Shown here: positions 39,174 through 53,900 of the stretch, piece after piece
Layout: every line of letters starts with the position of its first letter
Position numbering within the stretch: position 1 is the first letter of the stretch
From: Kondoa subrosea
Lineage: Eukaryota
Assembly (NCBI GenBank): GCA_039545335.1
Contig: BCIN01000001.1
Span: forward strand, 4,005,347-4,069,346
Length of the DNA: 64,000 bases
Direction: 5' to 3'
The notes under the pieces: model-generated
Databases searched by the model: none
Told to the model about the DNA's origin: nothing
Seen by the model: only the letters and a program-made list of their open reading frames with translations
Position numbers and translations under genes: made by a program

Positions 39174-39696
39174 TTTTCTCAATTGACACGGTGGCAGCGG
39201 AGGAGGAAGTCACAGACAAATAGACTGCACAAGATTGGATGGACAGGGGCAAGATATCGGAACACACCATCTCGCAAGACGTTAAATGAAGAAAGGGAGA
39301 TTTAGAAGAGGACTTCTATAGTAAGTACAGCTCTGCCGCAAGGGACAAAAGTGGACAACGCTTGTCAGCAGACATTAGGCACTTGACCGCCTCATGCGGA
39401 CGGATGCCAAAGGAGCTGAGGGATGAGAAAAGATAGATTAGCTGTGCCAATTTGTGGAGCAGGAAGAAGAGGATAATGGAGCTGTGCGATAGCGAGAACA
39501 GATGTCTAGACATTTCAGAGACGACTGTAACAGAGCAAAGCAGAAAGTCACTCATACCAAAAAGTGATAGTTTCCGATGAATCAGTGTGTGACATAGAAT
39601 TTCAAGGTTGCTGGAGATGGTCGAGAGAGGCAACTGTAACAACAGGATTACGACAATACATGTAGACAATATTGAACAGTACTAGACACAAAAACT

Positions 39697-41968
39697 TCAA
39701 GCTTCTTCCACCAAATCGGCTATCGACACCTCGCTCGCAACCAGTTCGCCCTTTTCGAGCAGCTCTCTTTCTTCCTCCCCATCTATACTGTTGACCTTGA
39801 CCATCTCTTTCGACAACAGCATCCTTCCTCGCGATAAATCGACTGCTCTGAAGAATCGGCCAAGCTTGAATTGATTCTGTATTAACCTGGCAACGATTGT
39901 AGGCGACAGAGGGAAGATGGGCTCGATATTCTGTTGAGCTACATATCGAGAAGAAGTATCTTCTGCTAGAATACTACAAGGAGCATCAGATTCGCTCAAG
40001 CAGCAAGTTGAAAAGGAACGGACCTGTAGAATGGCTGAGCAGCTCCTTCTGATAAACGTCGTATACCCATAGCGTGCTGCCATTCAGGTGTGGCAGCACA
40101 TCTTGAATCCCGTTTGATGACCACACCTTTGATTTCGATCAGCTTTGTTAATTAGCCCTAATTTGATTGAGCTAACCCAGATATCCATAGACTCTATGCC
40201 TGAAGATTTGCCCTAAGGGATAAATGATCCTCTCCCTCTCTTCCTTTGCAGAAGGTTCGATGTCTCTCGCGTCAATCTCGTTGGCTCCTTCGTATAAGGC
40301 CATCAATTCCGCGCTCGGTCCATTAGGCCCAGCCATCAATCTAGCCAAGAAACCAGCATCAAATACAAAGTGCTGCTCCACGACTGCTACCAAAGGTGTA
40401 GGATTGATCTGAACAGAAGAAACGATTTTTAGGGCGAGAATAGCTGAGTAAATTGCTGCTGCTACATCTCGTGTCGTTTCTGTGTTGACTATATTGAGCG
40501 AGTTGACGACTGCATCTATGTCAATTGGGCTTCACTAAAGGCATGTAGAAAACGAACTATTTCGAGCACTTCGAACCAACAGAATTGAAGCTTTCGCAGG
40601 ATGGATGTACTGATCCAAGACTGCAGGATCATCGGAAGATATCATGTTGCCAAGGTCTCGATGAAGTTGAGTGCGAGTAGATAATTTAGCATGATAGCTA
40701 CTTTTCAGAATTAACTTCGACAAATCAACACTTCGTGCTAACCAGACTGACACATCGTGGTATATTGGCTCTTCGAGTGCCTCATAGCTTCCGTCTTCGA
40801 ATGATTCTCGGCCAACTACCCTCGCTCTGAAGCTAATGTCAATGCAGTCGTGACACTATATGGCCAGAACACACATGATGGTTCCAGGGTAACCAATCGG
40901 TTGCGCCCGAATACCGAGACGCTTGCAAAGAGCTCTGACGATTGCATTCAGCTTATAATCAGGATAATGCGAGAGTGGATTTACGTATATACCCAAATCG
41001 AGCTCATGGGTAAAGCAGGTTGCGAGTCCAATACCACAGCATCGACGACTGTGCAGATCCACGATGACTTATACGTCTCAACGAAAACCGGCAACAGCGA
41101 GACGCACAATTGTTCATCAGATCATGATAACCAGCTTGAGTAGCTTTTTGCATGCCAAACTCTTCAACCATCATTTCCGCAATTATAACCAATTCTTCCG
41201 CCAAAGGTCTCCTTTGCAGTATAACTCTGTCTGAAGGTAATTGCAGGTGCTCAAACTCTTCTTTCGTCGGAGGTAAAGTTTTGATTCTTGAAGCTGCACT
41301 ATCTCCTGCTAGATGCGTTCGAATTTGGCGAGCCATGCTATCAAGCCGTCTTCGGACCTATTGAGCAGATTGAATGCGAGTACAACAAAAGAGTCCGGGT
41401 GTATTATTACCTTGATTGGATCAGTGCCACGAAATTGAGAGAAGATCAACAGAGCAGATTCGAAATCGTCATCCAATTCTCCAGCAGCCATACGGAGTAA
41501 TTGCTGACATGCATTATGCCGTTGTATATGATGACATATCGTGCTAGCCCAGTAGTGTTTGGTCAAGAAATCTTCTTTGTCCAGCATGAGCGATTCGATC
41601 GATTGCGAAGGAGAAGAAGAAGAAAGGATATAAGGAGTGAGAGCATCATAGACTAAGAGATTCATGGGCTGGAAGAGCATCCGATGACTGACAGAACCTG
41701 CTTGGACCAATACCTGGAGTGCGCGTATAGAGTCATTGTTTTTGATTAAGCGTTCTCTTGAAGCAGAGTAGTAATCGTGATCGACTGTCTCGCAGGTAGG
41801 AACAGATCTCCAGAAGTAGGTAGCATAGACGTTTCTCCACAGCCTGTCACTCCTTGCAATGTCGCGCATCGACCTGTTTAATGCAGAGCAATGGACCAGA
41901 TCCAGCCAATCTTGTGCTGGGATATGTTCTAGACATCTTTCGACCAGTTCCACAGGCAAGCCTTGCAT
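39697..41968 (-). CDS. FBXO21-like protein: F-box, transglutaminase-like core, YccV/HspQ-like domain
   Basis: N-terminal LPVELVERCL F-box; PIGYPG in the central domain; C-terminal GQIFRHRVYGYLG...QPFY...RYVAQQNIE. Confidence 0.82.
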
Positions 41969-42079
41969 CACTCAGAATGGTGCAGCTCCAAGATTGAATT
42001 GCAGATAATGACAGAGTTGCTCGTCAACTGCCACTGCCTGAGCTGTGTCTTCTCGTGCTGTCAATTGTTGAGCACATGA

Positions 42080-44681
42080 ATGATCAGAGCTCATGCATGT
42101 GTAATCCGTAGCATTGCTCGAAGCTTCAGACCAGCTATAAACAAATTTGATATCTTGTCAAACGGACTTTGTACAAAGGCTAGGAGCTCTGTGATACCGC
42201 GTGATCTATTCCAAATACCTAGTACCTGTTGTGTACCGAGTTTGAGAGCATTCCATAAGACTGCACCGAGGGAAACAAGCAAGAGGAAGATTGCAGATGT
42301 ACTTCACGGATTCGAGCCAGCGAGATGTAGGAACTTCGCTATAGTCGCTCATATCGATCACGGGTACGTATATTATCACTTTCCTCACCGAGTCTTCAGC
42401 TAAATGAACGCTATATAGAAAGTCAACATTGGCTGACAGACTACTAGAAATTACTGGAACCATAGGACAATCAGCTGTTGACGTGGATGGAATTGCTGCG
42501 CCGAATAGACAATTCCTGGATAAGCTCAAAGTGGAAAGAGATCGTGGCATAACAGTGAAGGCGCAGACAGCTACGTGAGTTTAGCTTTCTATCCTATGTC
42601 TAATTTGCTGATATGAAGGTAGTATGATCTTCACTGCCAAGGATGGGAAAGATTATCTGCTTAATTTGCTAGATACTCCAGGTCACGTCGAGTGAGTTTT
42701 CTTTCACCTATCATAAAATCTTGTTGACGTTCTGTTCAAGCTTCTCGTACGAAGTACATCGATCCCTTTTAGCATGTCAAGGTGCTCTTCTTCTAGTCGA
42801 CGCAACTCAAGGAGTTCAAGCACAAACCTTGACGGTCCTAGAAGCCGCTCAATCCAAAATTTCAACCATTGTAGGCGTAGTGAATAAGATCGATCTACCA
42901 AACGCCGATCTTCCTCGTATACAAGCAGAAGTAGAGACCTTGTTAGGTGAAAACGGCGGAAAGGGAGGACCGATTTTACCTATCAGCGCTAAAAGTGGGA
43001 AAGGATGTCAAGAGGTACTGCAAAGGATTGTTGATACTTTACCACCACCCGAAGGAGACAAGAATAAAGAGTTGAGGGCTCTGGTATTTGATAACTATTT
43101 TGATGATTTCAGAGGAGTGGTCAGTCTGGTGGCTGTTATCGATGGAACGATCAAGAAAGGTGAGCAGTATCCTTTTCGACAAGAGTGAGCTGATCGTGTT
43201 GCAGGAAGCAAGATCAGCTTCATGAAAAGCGGCAAGACTTATGAAGTCGCTAGTCTTGGTGTTCTCTATCCCGATGAAGTACCTACGCATTCATTACAAG
43301 CAGGTCAAGTTGGCTTCATTACCTGTGGCATGAAGGACAACGCAGATGGTCTGTCATTCAGACCGATGTGCTGTGTGTAAAGCTGATCTTGATTTACAGC
43401 GTTTCTTGGAGATACTGTACATTCACCTTCGCACAAAGTGGAACCTCTAGCTTCTTTCGAAACGAATACGCAGATGGTATTTGCTGGTGTATATCCTCTA
43501 GATAGCTTGGACTTTCCTAAGCTTGACGAAGCCCTGCAGCGAGTAAGGCCTATCTCTCAAGCATTCTTCAATCCGTTGCTCAATCATTGAACAGCTCATC
43601 CTTACTGACCGATCTGTTTCCATCGCAAGAGAAACCTCAGTAGCTCTAGGTCAAGGTTTCAGGCTTGGCTTTTACGGTTCATTGCATCTGGAAGTATTCA
43701 AGCAGCGCTTGGAGGAAGAGTATGCATCAGAAACAGTCGTTACTAAGCCTTTTGTTCCCTTGAAAAGTGCGCAGAACATTTGCTTTTTCAGCCTTTGCTG
43801 ATAAAGCCCAATGTCTTGTTGCACAGTGGTACTCAAGGACGGAACAGAGAAACAAATCAATTCACCAGCTGAATTTCCAGCACATGACGACCCAAACTTG
43901 CAACGACTTCTACAAGAAGTGCAAGAACCTTATGTAGAAGCAACAATCATTGCTCCTGATGAATACTCAGGAGCGATTATGGAACTTTGCGCCCAACATA
44001 GAGGTCAACAATTATCCCTCGATTACCTTGATTCAGGTTTCGGCGGTCTCAAGAACGCTAGTCAACAACGAGCAAAATTCGTCTTCCTTTTACCTCTATC
44101 CAGTATCATCACTACATTTCATTCGAGTTTGAAAAGCTTGTCTTCTGGTTTTGCGAGCATGGATTACAGTCAAGCTGGATATCTCAAGAGTGACTTGGTT
44201 AAGCTGAATATTATGGTCAGCCAACAAAGTGTGGACGCTCTATGTTCGGTTGTACATCGAAGCGGTGCGGAGAAGGAAGGTAGAGCTGTTTTGTCAAAAC
44301 TGAAAGAAGTCATATCGAGGCAGCAATTCGAGGTGAGAGAGATTGCAGTGTTCAGGCCACTGATGGCTTACACCAGCTTCAATTTCTATCACAGGTCGTA
44401 CTGCAAGCAGCTGTAGGGTCTCGAATTATTGCTCGAGAGAGGATAGCACCATTTAGGAAAGATGTGACCGGAGGTAAGCATTCTTCAGGTGCAATATAGT
44501 ACATGGGCTCATGGTCTGCACAGGCAAGATCAGCGGATGGGATCGCAAACTGAAATTACTGAACAAGCAGAAGGAAGGCAAGAAGCGTTTGAAGCGGTTC
44601 GGCAACGTGGACATTCCTTCAGAGGCCTTCTACCAAGTCCTCGACAATTCAACAAGCGGAAGCAAAGGGAAGTCTAAGTGA
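42080..44681 (+). CDS. GUF1: Mitochondrial translation factor Guf1 (LepA/EF4)
   Basis: [79 protein letters not shown]. Confidence 0.96.
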
Positions 44682-44789
44682 ATTCCAAAATGCAAATACA
44701 GCAGGCAATAATCTATTGTACAAAAGTAACTAACAAATGTCAGACGAAATGTGCGAAATAGTGAAAAAGGACGAGAAATCAGAGGCCTT

Positions 44790-45818
44790 CTAAGCATCTT
44801 CACCCAAACGATATGCAACCATCGCTTCCACCTTGTGTATGTTTGTGCTGAAACCTCGGAGTTTGACTTGCTCTACAGTTCCTCCTGTAATCATTCTTGC
44901 GTCTGAGTCTTCCCAAGTCTGGGGAACTTCGATATCTTTTGATGTATAAGCGAGAACGTTGAAAGTGCCTGCACAAGTAAGTGAGCTCAGATGGATGAAT
45001 AACAGCCGATATTACGAACAGCTCTCTTCCAATATCGGCAGGAATGCATTCGAAGCGCAAATATGCTTGATCATTTGTTGGATTTGTAGTCGAACATCCT
45101 TTTCGCTCAATTCCTCTTTGGCTGGTTTCTCTTCCACTTCTTCTCTAGCATGTAAGTCGCTGTCAAGACTGGTCAGTACTGGAAGACTATCAGACCGCAC
45201 CACTCACGCATTCTCTTTGTCACTTTCGCCTTTCCCTTTTGTCGAACTTGTGCGATCCTCTAATGTTATTTCAAATTGCCATCGTTCCAAAGTTTCCCTC
45301 GTTTCTTTCGAGATGATAGCCAGTACAAGTCTTGACACTTGTTTGTTATTAAGCCAGGCTAAAAGAAGGTCAATCATCAGAGGCGCACAACAAGCGAAAG
45401 TTGTCAGATACTAACTTGATAATTGACCGGTGATTGTGCGTAGGTAGTTTTGGAGAGCTTCATCTTGAGGCATTAGCATATTTAGACCGTACTTCTTGAC
45501 CATCTACTTGTTCAGATTAGCGGGTATGGAAGCATACAAACCGTAAAGAGGTATACCTTGAAGTCATCAGGCGGGAAGAGATTTCGCTGTGTCAGCAATC
45601 AGCATAGCTACATAAGCCTGTCATGACTAATTGACCTGGTACAAGATAGAAGCAAGGCCACTTGTTGCTCCGAATCAGAGATTGTCTCGCTGATTTGTAG
45701 CTTCAACAGCTCACAATTCGAAGAATTCCACGACCGTTTTAGTAGATCCTTTTAGGCTGATAGCCTGTGAAGTGCTAGTAGAAGTCTTTTGCTTCGCTTT
45801 GCGTTGTAGTTGAGCCAT
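44790..45818 (-). CDS. MAD2: Spindle checkpoint HORMA protein Mad2
   Basis: Spliced ISLKGSTKTVVEFFE, SILYQRNLFPPDDFKMVKKYGL, ETLERWQF, FNVLAYT, EQVKLRGFSTNIHKVEAMVAY. Mostly invisible in the ORF track. Confidence 0.93.
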
Positions 45819-46071
45819 TTTCTACAAAGTGATGTTCAGGCGACAAAAAGGCTAAGGGAGTGCCAGATTCGTGTCAGTGAGTGTCCAAGAGCAGCCAGAA
45901 GTCGTCTAGTTTGCCCAAAGAGCCGGAAGAGCGAGGTCAAGTGGTGGAACAGAAAGAAAACAAGACGCCCGATTTTTGTTTCGTGTCAGCGGTGCCCGAT
46001 ATCCAGCTAGGACAAATATACCACGAGTCAGCTCTGGAATGATATACTACCCTCTAGCTTGAAAGACTGAC

Positions 46072-49000
46072 ATGGAATTATCACGGATTCGATCGCTGGT
46101 TTCGAATCTCTATGGAGGGCATGCATCGAATGAGGAAGCAGGGCAAATACAGCAAGAGATCTTTGAGCTACAACGTCTGCCTACTGCCTGGGAAATTCCT
46201 GCAGCTTTTCTTCGCGATAATGATCCGCATTTACGTTTCTTCGGCGCGCATACTTTGGCTATCAAGCTCAACAGAGACTTTGATTCAGTCTCTCCGGATC
46301 ATTATACTGCTTTGAAAGGCTCTCTGCTTGGTTGGCTTGCTGCTAGTGCAAATGCAGCTTATCCGAATGTCCAATCTGGAGCGACTGCTCAGCCTGGAGA
46401 AAAGGTCGTCTTGCGGAAGCTTGCTGTCGCAGTGAGCAGCTTCACAGTCTCCCGAAGGTCTTTTTCAATAAGTTGCGTAGCTTACGATCTTCTCTATCAA
46501 GCTACATGCAAGCAATTCTTGGCCAAATTGGCCGTTGGAAACGATTACTGTTCTAGCTTCTGCGCCTGGTTACTCAAAAGAAGCTATATACGATGTCCTG
46601 GTTATCGTTGTGGAAGAAGGCATTCGAGCAGATCTAACCGGAAGGGAAAAGTCAGTCGAATAGCTGTGTTCGGAAGGAAGATGCTGATTCGACGTTGCAG
46701 AGTCTCTTATCATCGAACATTAGGCGAAGCAGCTTCTCTAGTCTCAAGAAGCATTATCGAAACTCTTTCCAGCCCCACATCAATCAACGAAACGCTTGCA
46801 GCTATCAACTGCGCTGAGCAATGGTCTGTAGCACAACAATTCTCTTCAGAAACTCTAGACTCTTTATATTCTCTACTCTTCTCGCACATCACCAACCCGG
46901 AATTATCGGCCAAGGTCTGTATATGCCTAGAGGAAATGCTTTCCAATGTACCAGTAGCCAAATACTCTGATCAGCTGCTCGACTACTTTGCTTCCGATCA
47001 TTGCACCTCTCTTATTACTACAGCATACAATGAACAAGATACTTCTGAACCCATCCTATCCCATATCAAACTTCTTATTAGTCTATTTGAAAGCACTAGT
47101 ACGACAATGGCAGCAACTTTGTCTTCACCCAGATCGCTCTCTATTATGCGCAATCTTTTGACTATCACTACTTTCAATGGTCAATTCCCAACGGACGAAG
47201 AACTTTCAGAACTCGCTTTCACTTCTTGGGGTTTGTTACAGGAAGAACTAGCTCAAGAAGGATTGCTTTCCACACCTGTTATCGGTAATACAGCAAGAGA
47301 AATATATGCTGCCTTAGTTAATGGCTTGTTGGGCAAAATCACTTGGCCTAAAGAAGAGGAATTGAAGAGTTGGCCTAAAGACGTTAAAGAACGCTTTGCC
47401 GACTATAGACTGGCTGCTTCTGATGCTATGTTGAATGCGTACTATGTACTAAGAGACCAGATGGCGGAGCAATTGGTGGGACTGGCTTATTCACAATTGA
47501 GCAGTCTAGGTAGTCAAACATCACTTGAAGTAAGCTCATGATGTTTCATTGTCGACTGAATTTTTAAACTGGTGTCACCGTCTCTACAGACCTTTGAAGC
47601 CACTCTAGATGCAATCAAGTCAATAGCAGAAGGTGTTCCGCATGAAAACTCATTACACTTCACTCGAATTCTGCACACCGACTTCCTGAATGTCCTACCT
47701 CAAGAAACTCGAATTCGACGTACAACTCTAGCACTAATCACTTGTTTCTCGGAATGGATCGCTCATAATACTTCTACACTCTTACCAAGTTTGAATTACG
47801 TCGTCAGCGCTTTGACTGTTCCTTCTTTATCTCAACATGCCGCCAAAGCTATTAGAGCGTTATGTGAAGATTGTAGAACGGATTTGGTCGAATATATACC
47901 AAGTTTCGCAGGCTTGATTCGCGAACTTGAAGGGAAGATACCGGTTCTTTCTAGATTTCTGCGAAGCTTTCGATAAGGCTGATGATAGATTGTGATAGTC
48001 TGATAACTATGTCAAAGTACTTGGATCAGTAGCCGCTGTCTTCCAAGCTTTACCTCTGGAAAGCGCATTGAACCCGATGCTAGTTAGTCTCTTTCAGTAT
48101 TGCAGATTACTGGAGCTGATCATAGACTTTCAGGCTCTGGCTGAACCTCTGATCTCAGCGCTGGCTCAGAGCATAGCGAATCCAAATCAAGTAGGTACTC
48201 GTCACTTACGCGGTACTTGCTGACAGCTCTCGGCAGGATGTCCACCAGGCTCAAGCTCAATACATTTATCAGCTAGAATGTCTCACTGCGACTGCGAACG
48301 GATTTGTCCGTCCTGATCGCGAGCTTCTCGAGCTCGATCTTGAGCCAGAAGCAGAAGTCAGCAATACTTCAGCTATCATGGACAACGATCAAAGGGTCCA
48401 GGCCTTCCGAAGATCTATGATGAATTCGCTACATCAGATAGCGCATCTTCATGGTCGAGACGCTGAAATCTCTCAGGTCAGTAATTATCCTGAAAGGAAC
48501 AATTCATCTCAAAACATGATGGATCAGGCTTTGTCCGGCGTCATCCGAGCAACCTCAGCTTCCTCGATATCTACACCACTTTCGCTTGAACCAAATAGAC
48601 TTCTCCAACTAATCGCAGAACAGCTCGAATTAGAACCTTCTTCACTCTGGCTGGGTTGCGCTACCTATCTGCCTAATCGCATCTCCAAGCAGAAATTATC
48701 TGTTGAAGATAAAGCACAGTATGCATTCGTAGTCGCTACTTGCTGCACTTCCTCGATACGAACGCTTACCGATATATACCGTGGATTGTTTTCCCTTTAT
48801 TTGTAGCTTCGGCTGATCCGTACAATAGAACTTGAGTCGAATCCCGATATAGTACAGAGCTTGATGAGCTTTTGTTACGAGGTGCGCACGAGCCTGCTTT
48901 TGTCAAGCATTATTTGACTGCCTCTGCAGGTGTCGAGACATGCAATGGATGTGCTCTCCCTGTCGCCCGAGTTGATTTCTACTCTCTTCACCTTTGCAAC

Positions 49001-49714
49001 ATCTGCTCTGTCAATGCAGGAGCGAGTGTCTTTGCAAAAGAGTATTTTATTGCTTGTGAGCTCATTTGTCGTATCTTTTTGCATACAACTCACTCGTACA
49101 GACTGCTTTCGTCCATGAAGCCGCTTCGGAACATCTTTATGCGAGTCTCTTTCGAGATCTGGTATTAGAGAAGGGAAGAGACGCTCTCCAAGCGATCCTA
49201 GCTGGCATTGGTGGTCAGACAGTAAGGCAATTCAAGCTCGAGTTGGTCTGACTGATGTGTCCTTCAGCCTCGATCCAGCTTACATTCCATAGCGGAATTA
49301 TTGCATGCCTTCGTACAGCGCTTTCCAAACCAAACCAGTATGTCCCACATGATGTTTGAAGTCTTTGCTGAAGTTGTGGACAGGGTTGTGGCTATCCGAG
49401 ATGTTCGCTACGGTCAGTATTAGTCTGATAGTCTGTCTCTGTGTCTGAATGTGCACAGCCCAACTTTCCCAGCGCGAAAGTCAGTTTGGAAGAGAAGGAG
49501 CGGTTCTTGAAGCTATGCATGAGGTACACACACAACCTAAGATGAGCTCGCTGTCTGACAATATTAAAGCTGCAGAACTCTCAAGCGGATGCGTACATCG
49601 CTTGAAGAGTTTTCCTTGATATGGTGAGTATCGCTGTATCGATTTCTCACAAAGCTAAAGCATTCTTGCAGCTTGGGTCTACAGAATACAAGTTACGGTA
49701 GTATAAGTAGGTAG
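46072..49714 (+). CDS. Importin-beta family karyopherin, importin-13/Kap122-like
   Basis: LQRLPTAW..., FFGAHTLAIKL (IBN_N), RKLA, ERFADYR...YYVL, FSEW, ALCEDCR, NPDIV; HEAT-repeat architecture. Confidence 0.8.
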
Positions 49715-50909
49715 TCGATGCAAATATGTTATGCAAAAATGACAGCACGAACATTCATACAAATACATTGCCCGAACTTCACCTATCCACACATCTACAT
49801 ATAGATATGTGAGCTACTCGACAAGTTCGCTTGCTCCGTCAGAAGGCACACTTGTGTAAACACAAGGAGTTGTTTCCTTCTTCTAGAGCAGACATCCACT
49901 TAGAACTCCAACAAATATATTCCAGGTTATTGCAGTCCAGCTGCAGTGTATGTCCAGCAAAAGCTGTGCCTTGCGGCCCCGGTCATTGGTCCTTGAAGCC
50001 ACCACGGAATGCCTGCGAAGATTGAAGAGGACCATTGAATCTATATCTGCAGCTTGCAGGCAGTCTTGCCTAAGAGAAGGAGAGACTGTTTCAATGTAAA
50101 TCAATTGCTAAAATTGACTCGACTGAAACAGCTCAGACAACTCAAAGGGAAGGATAGACGGTGAAGAAAAGAGAAAAGGAGATTCGACGCTTTTTGTGTT
50201 ACAGCCAGGCACTGAAAAACAAGGCAAGAAATGGCTATTCGACGGCCACAGTAAAAATCCGTCAAAAGTCCGACAACGTTATACGCTAAGGAGCTCTGAG
50301 AATAGCCTTCAGCTAGTCGTAGCACAATAGCGTTACAGAAGCTCAAGAGGGTGAGGAAAGTTGAATCAGATTATTGATATGCCGCGAAACGAAGAGCAGT
50401 AATGACGCGTCGCAAAGTGATGATGCATTGGTATGGCAGTGAGATGCAAGACTATCAGACAGCCAGATGTATGCGCGCATTCCTTCAAAATCTTCTAGCC
50501 AAATGTTCCCAAAGTCCTAAGTTGGTCTGCGCGAAATCTAGACAGCAAGTGAACAAATTTTCAACAGTTTGTAGAAGTCTTGAGCCGGATACAAAGTGAT
50601 GCAAACGTATATCTGAAGCTTTCTCAGGAGCAAGTAACCATCAAGAGCGATCTCAGATCTTGTCGAAAGGACCATTGCAAAGTCCAAAGAAGCGTGAATA
50701 GAAGGCGATTCGTGCTGAGCAGGCTACCGAGCACCAGTAATGATCACTTTGAGGTCGCTTGCAGCGGCTACATGAGCAGAAACAAGCTTGTAAGGCTGAT
50801 GGTCACAAGAAAAGAAGCTCGTCGACTGCGTTTCGATATCTCGATTGACTCGGAGGTGCAGTCCTCTCAAAAGGTGACACTGAAATGAGCATTACATTGA
50901 TACACGGGG

Positions 50910-53900
50910 CTACAATACAGCCGGGGCAGGTGTAGCGACTGGTCCCTCGATATTTTGATTCTGTTTCGATAGCCAAGCTTCGAACCTGTTCTGCCAGGCC
51001 TGGTTCTGATCTTGGGCTGCCGGAGCATCCATGCGATAGATGTAATCTTCTCCTCCTGCGACCAAGAACATGCGAAGAGTGCGAATACAGAACTGAATTC
51101 GGATGCCAGACTTGCCGCGCATGTTTGAAGGTAAATAAGCTCCGGATTTAATGTCAGGTAGCTGCTTCGGTATATTTCTGTATCGATGCTTAGACATACT
51201 TATGTATCAATCGTTGACTAGGCTTACCTGGTCAAGAAGCTTTTGCGAACCAAGGAAGGCTCGACGCCATCTGTTGGCTCTTTACGCATGAAGGCCTTCA
51301 TATAGGCCTCCCAACGAGCTTGCAACAGATCTTCGTCTTCTGGTAGAACTTCATCTTTGCCTAACAGCTGGAAGCTCAAAGATTGTACATAAGGTGCCTA
51401 CAGGTCAAGTCAGCTTTGATTTTATCTACTGGTCCGGCCGGACTAACCCATTCAATCCTATATAGATTCTCTTCTGCACCCACAGCACTGTCGGTCACTT
51501 GGCGATATGTAATCTGCTGCCGAGTGGTTGTGTCTGGCCTGATACGATCCGCGTGAAGCAGCTCCTGCAGTCTAGCACTGACGCTATGATTCGATGACTT
51601 GGAATCAACGAATGTATGTATCTATAGTACGCGAGTAAGCTCTGGAGCAGTATTCCATGATTGGACATTTACCGTCTTCAAGATGGTCAAAAGCAGCCGA
51701 TCGATTGTAAAGACATGATAGCCTCGAATACCAAACATTGCCCGAACTTTCTCTTCAAAGGCAGCGTTGTCCATTTCTCCGCCAAGCAGTTGTTCGCAGA
51801 AGGTGAGGAGAGCTGAGTAGTAGTGGTCTGCTGTTGCTTCCAGAGTGTTTTCACCTTCGTCTACGACTAAAGAGTATTTGGCTTCGAGTAGGCTTTCAGC
51901 ATCTCCTGAAGTTGCTATCTGATTTGAAGTTTGGCGCATGATTTCCAGACGCTGGTACACGACCTATATATAATAATGAGAATGTGCCGGTAAAATTGCA
52001 TAGAGACTCACCTGAAACAATCGAATAAGGAAATAATGCGGCGAATCGCAAAAGAAGTTGAAGTGAGTCCGAGAATTAGCAGGAGCTCGCTTGGCGGTAG
52101 TCTGATGCGAGATTCTAGTAGGCGCTGAATCTTTAGCTGGCGAGGTCGTTGATTGCAGAAGTGCTTCGGAAGAAGTAGAAGCTGTTGCAGGGTCTCCATT
52201 TTGATTGATTATCGGTCGACTCTCGCTTGCGTCCTGATGTGCGACCAAAGGAGCAGTGGATATCGTTTCAACGCCTTCCATTGATTCAAGTCCAGCCGCC
52301 GTGGCTGGAACAGGTCTGACAAGAGGTGAAGCAGCAGTATCGACAACCATGTCATCATTTGACTGTTCAGGCATAGGCGTGCCTTCGAGAGCAGGTGTAC
52401 CTTCTGATCTAGCATCGCTCATCATGACGTCTCCCTCTGGCGAAGGTTCGCGAGAACTTGCTACCGAGGCGGAAGTCAGGTTTGGCGAGTCATTGATGCT
52501 CGCTGGAGATGCCGCGCGACTTTCAGTCCCAGCGCGTCTCGTCGAAGGGTTACCAGCTTTTCGAAGTGCTTTCCGGCGCAAATCAGCTTGTTCTTTCTTG
52601 GTTTTCTTGCCTCTTCGAGCTGGTCCAGCTGAAAGAGCAGCCTCCTCTTCAGTTGCGCTCGCGTTGCCAATCTCAGAGCCGTTGTCTCCAGCTTCTGACC
52701 CTTCGGGCTGTACTGAAGCAGGTCTAGGTAGCTCTACAGGCATTAGATTGGCCTCCAAAGTTGCTTGAGGTAGGCAGAAGAGTGCAGGGAAGAAAGAGCG
52801 GATAAAATCTTCCATCTTGTCCTTGTCTGCTTCGCTGAAGGTACCTTGAATACGATCAAGGTAGGAAAGAAGGAGTTTGAGTATATCGAAGAGCACATTC
52901 TCGTTCGCCATTTTGTATGCGAGTTGTCTGCGAGGCGGATCAGGTAAGAAGCTACCGCGAGCGTGAGCGATCCTGCGTTGCTGTTGTTCTCTCCGAGCCG
53001 TTTCGATCTCCACTACAAGGGCGCGAGAAGTGAGGAATTTCTTGTCTGATGCTTTGATGTTGATGCCTTGCGGGTCGAGAGCGCGATAGAAATTCCGAGC
53101 ATCTGCTTCTCGCCAGACTCTGTTCCATTCGCGAAGAGCACGCTTCCATTCCTCGTCTTTCTGCTTGAGCCGAGCCAGAACTATAGGTGTAGCCAAGCAA
53201 GGATTTTCGTGTAGAGCTTGTATGACATGTAAGCCAGAGTCGACACCATAGACCTTCTTGATGCTGAAGGACATCAAAGGAGTTAGCTTTCGGTCTCCAT
53301 GCAATCCAAGTACACTTACATCCCCTGGTAGATACTCTTGCTTTGACTTCCCAGACCAGGCTTGAGTCGAAAGACCTCGCGTTCTTCCGGTGTCATGAGT
53401 TGAATACGTTGAGCAATGGGTTCAAGCAAAGCTATGGTACGCAGATTAGCCTCGATATAATAGTCGTATTCATGTCGTTCTTCTTCAGATCGATGCAAAG
53501 CCGCTTCAAAGTCGTTCTTGCGAGTAGGAATCTGCGGTTTGAATATCGCCAGTTAATCGCAATTACGAAGACGCAGCAGGGATGCTCACAAAGCCTTCTT
53601 CTGAAGCCCAAGTAGGATGAGAAATCCACTCATCGTTCAAAACCTGATGGCAAAGTGGATCTCTTCCAGAACAAACAGTTTTTCTAGCCTGTACAAGATG
53701 ACCGACTCCTTATTAGGTCAAACCTAAAAGTATGAGGCCACATCCGTACCGATTCTGGCAATTGCCTATAACTAGGACCGCAGGTCTTGAGGTTCTTTCT
53801 CTCTTCTCTTGAAGTAGGTCCGAGATGATACTCCATAGCGGCTTGATTCTCAAGAATGAGTTTCCCATTCTCGATTTTCCCGCCACCGTAAGAAGCTCCA

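Noticed and set aside
39697..41968. Functional link between the YccV-like domain and the METTL4-like methyltransferase
   Set aside because: About 38 kb apart with many unrelated housekeeping genes between them; FBXO21-like architecture is widespread.
50732..50804. C/D snoRNA-like segment (ACCA..ATGATCA...CTGA TGGT)
   Set aside because: Box C is mismatched at the position that pairs with box D, and I could not recognise an rRNA-complementary guide.
49750..50900. ~1.1-kb spacer between the importin and SIN3 genes with short ORFs and a TGGTCCT/AGGACCA hairpin
   Set aside because: No convincing coding model, and no SRP, RNase P or RNase MRP consensus; a small gene or lncRNA cannot be excluded.
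52256..52768. Long antisense ORFs over SIN3, VID27, VAC14 and other genes
   Set aside because: Shadow ORFs of real coding exons, with no independent evidence.
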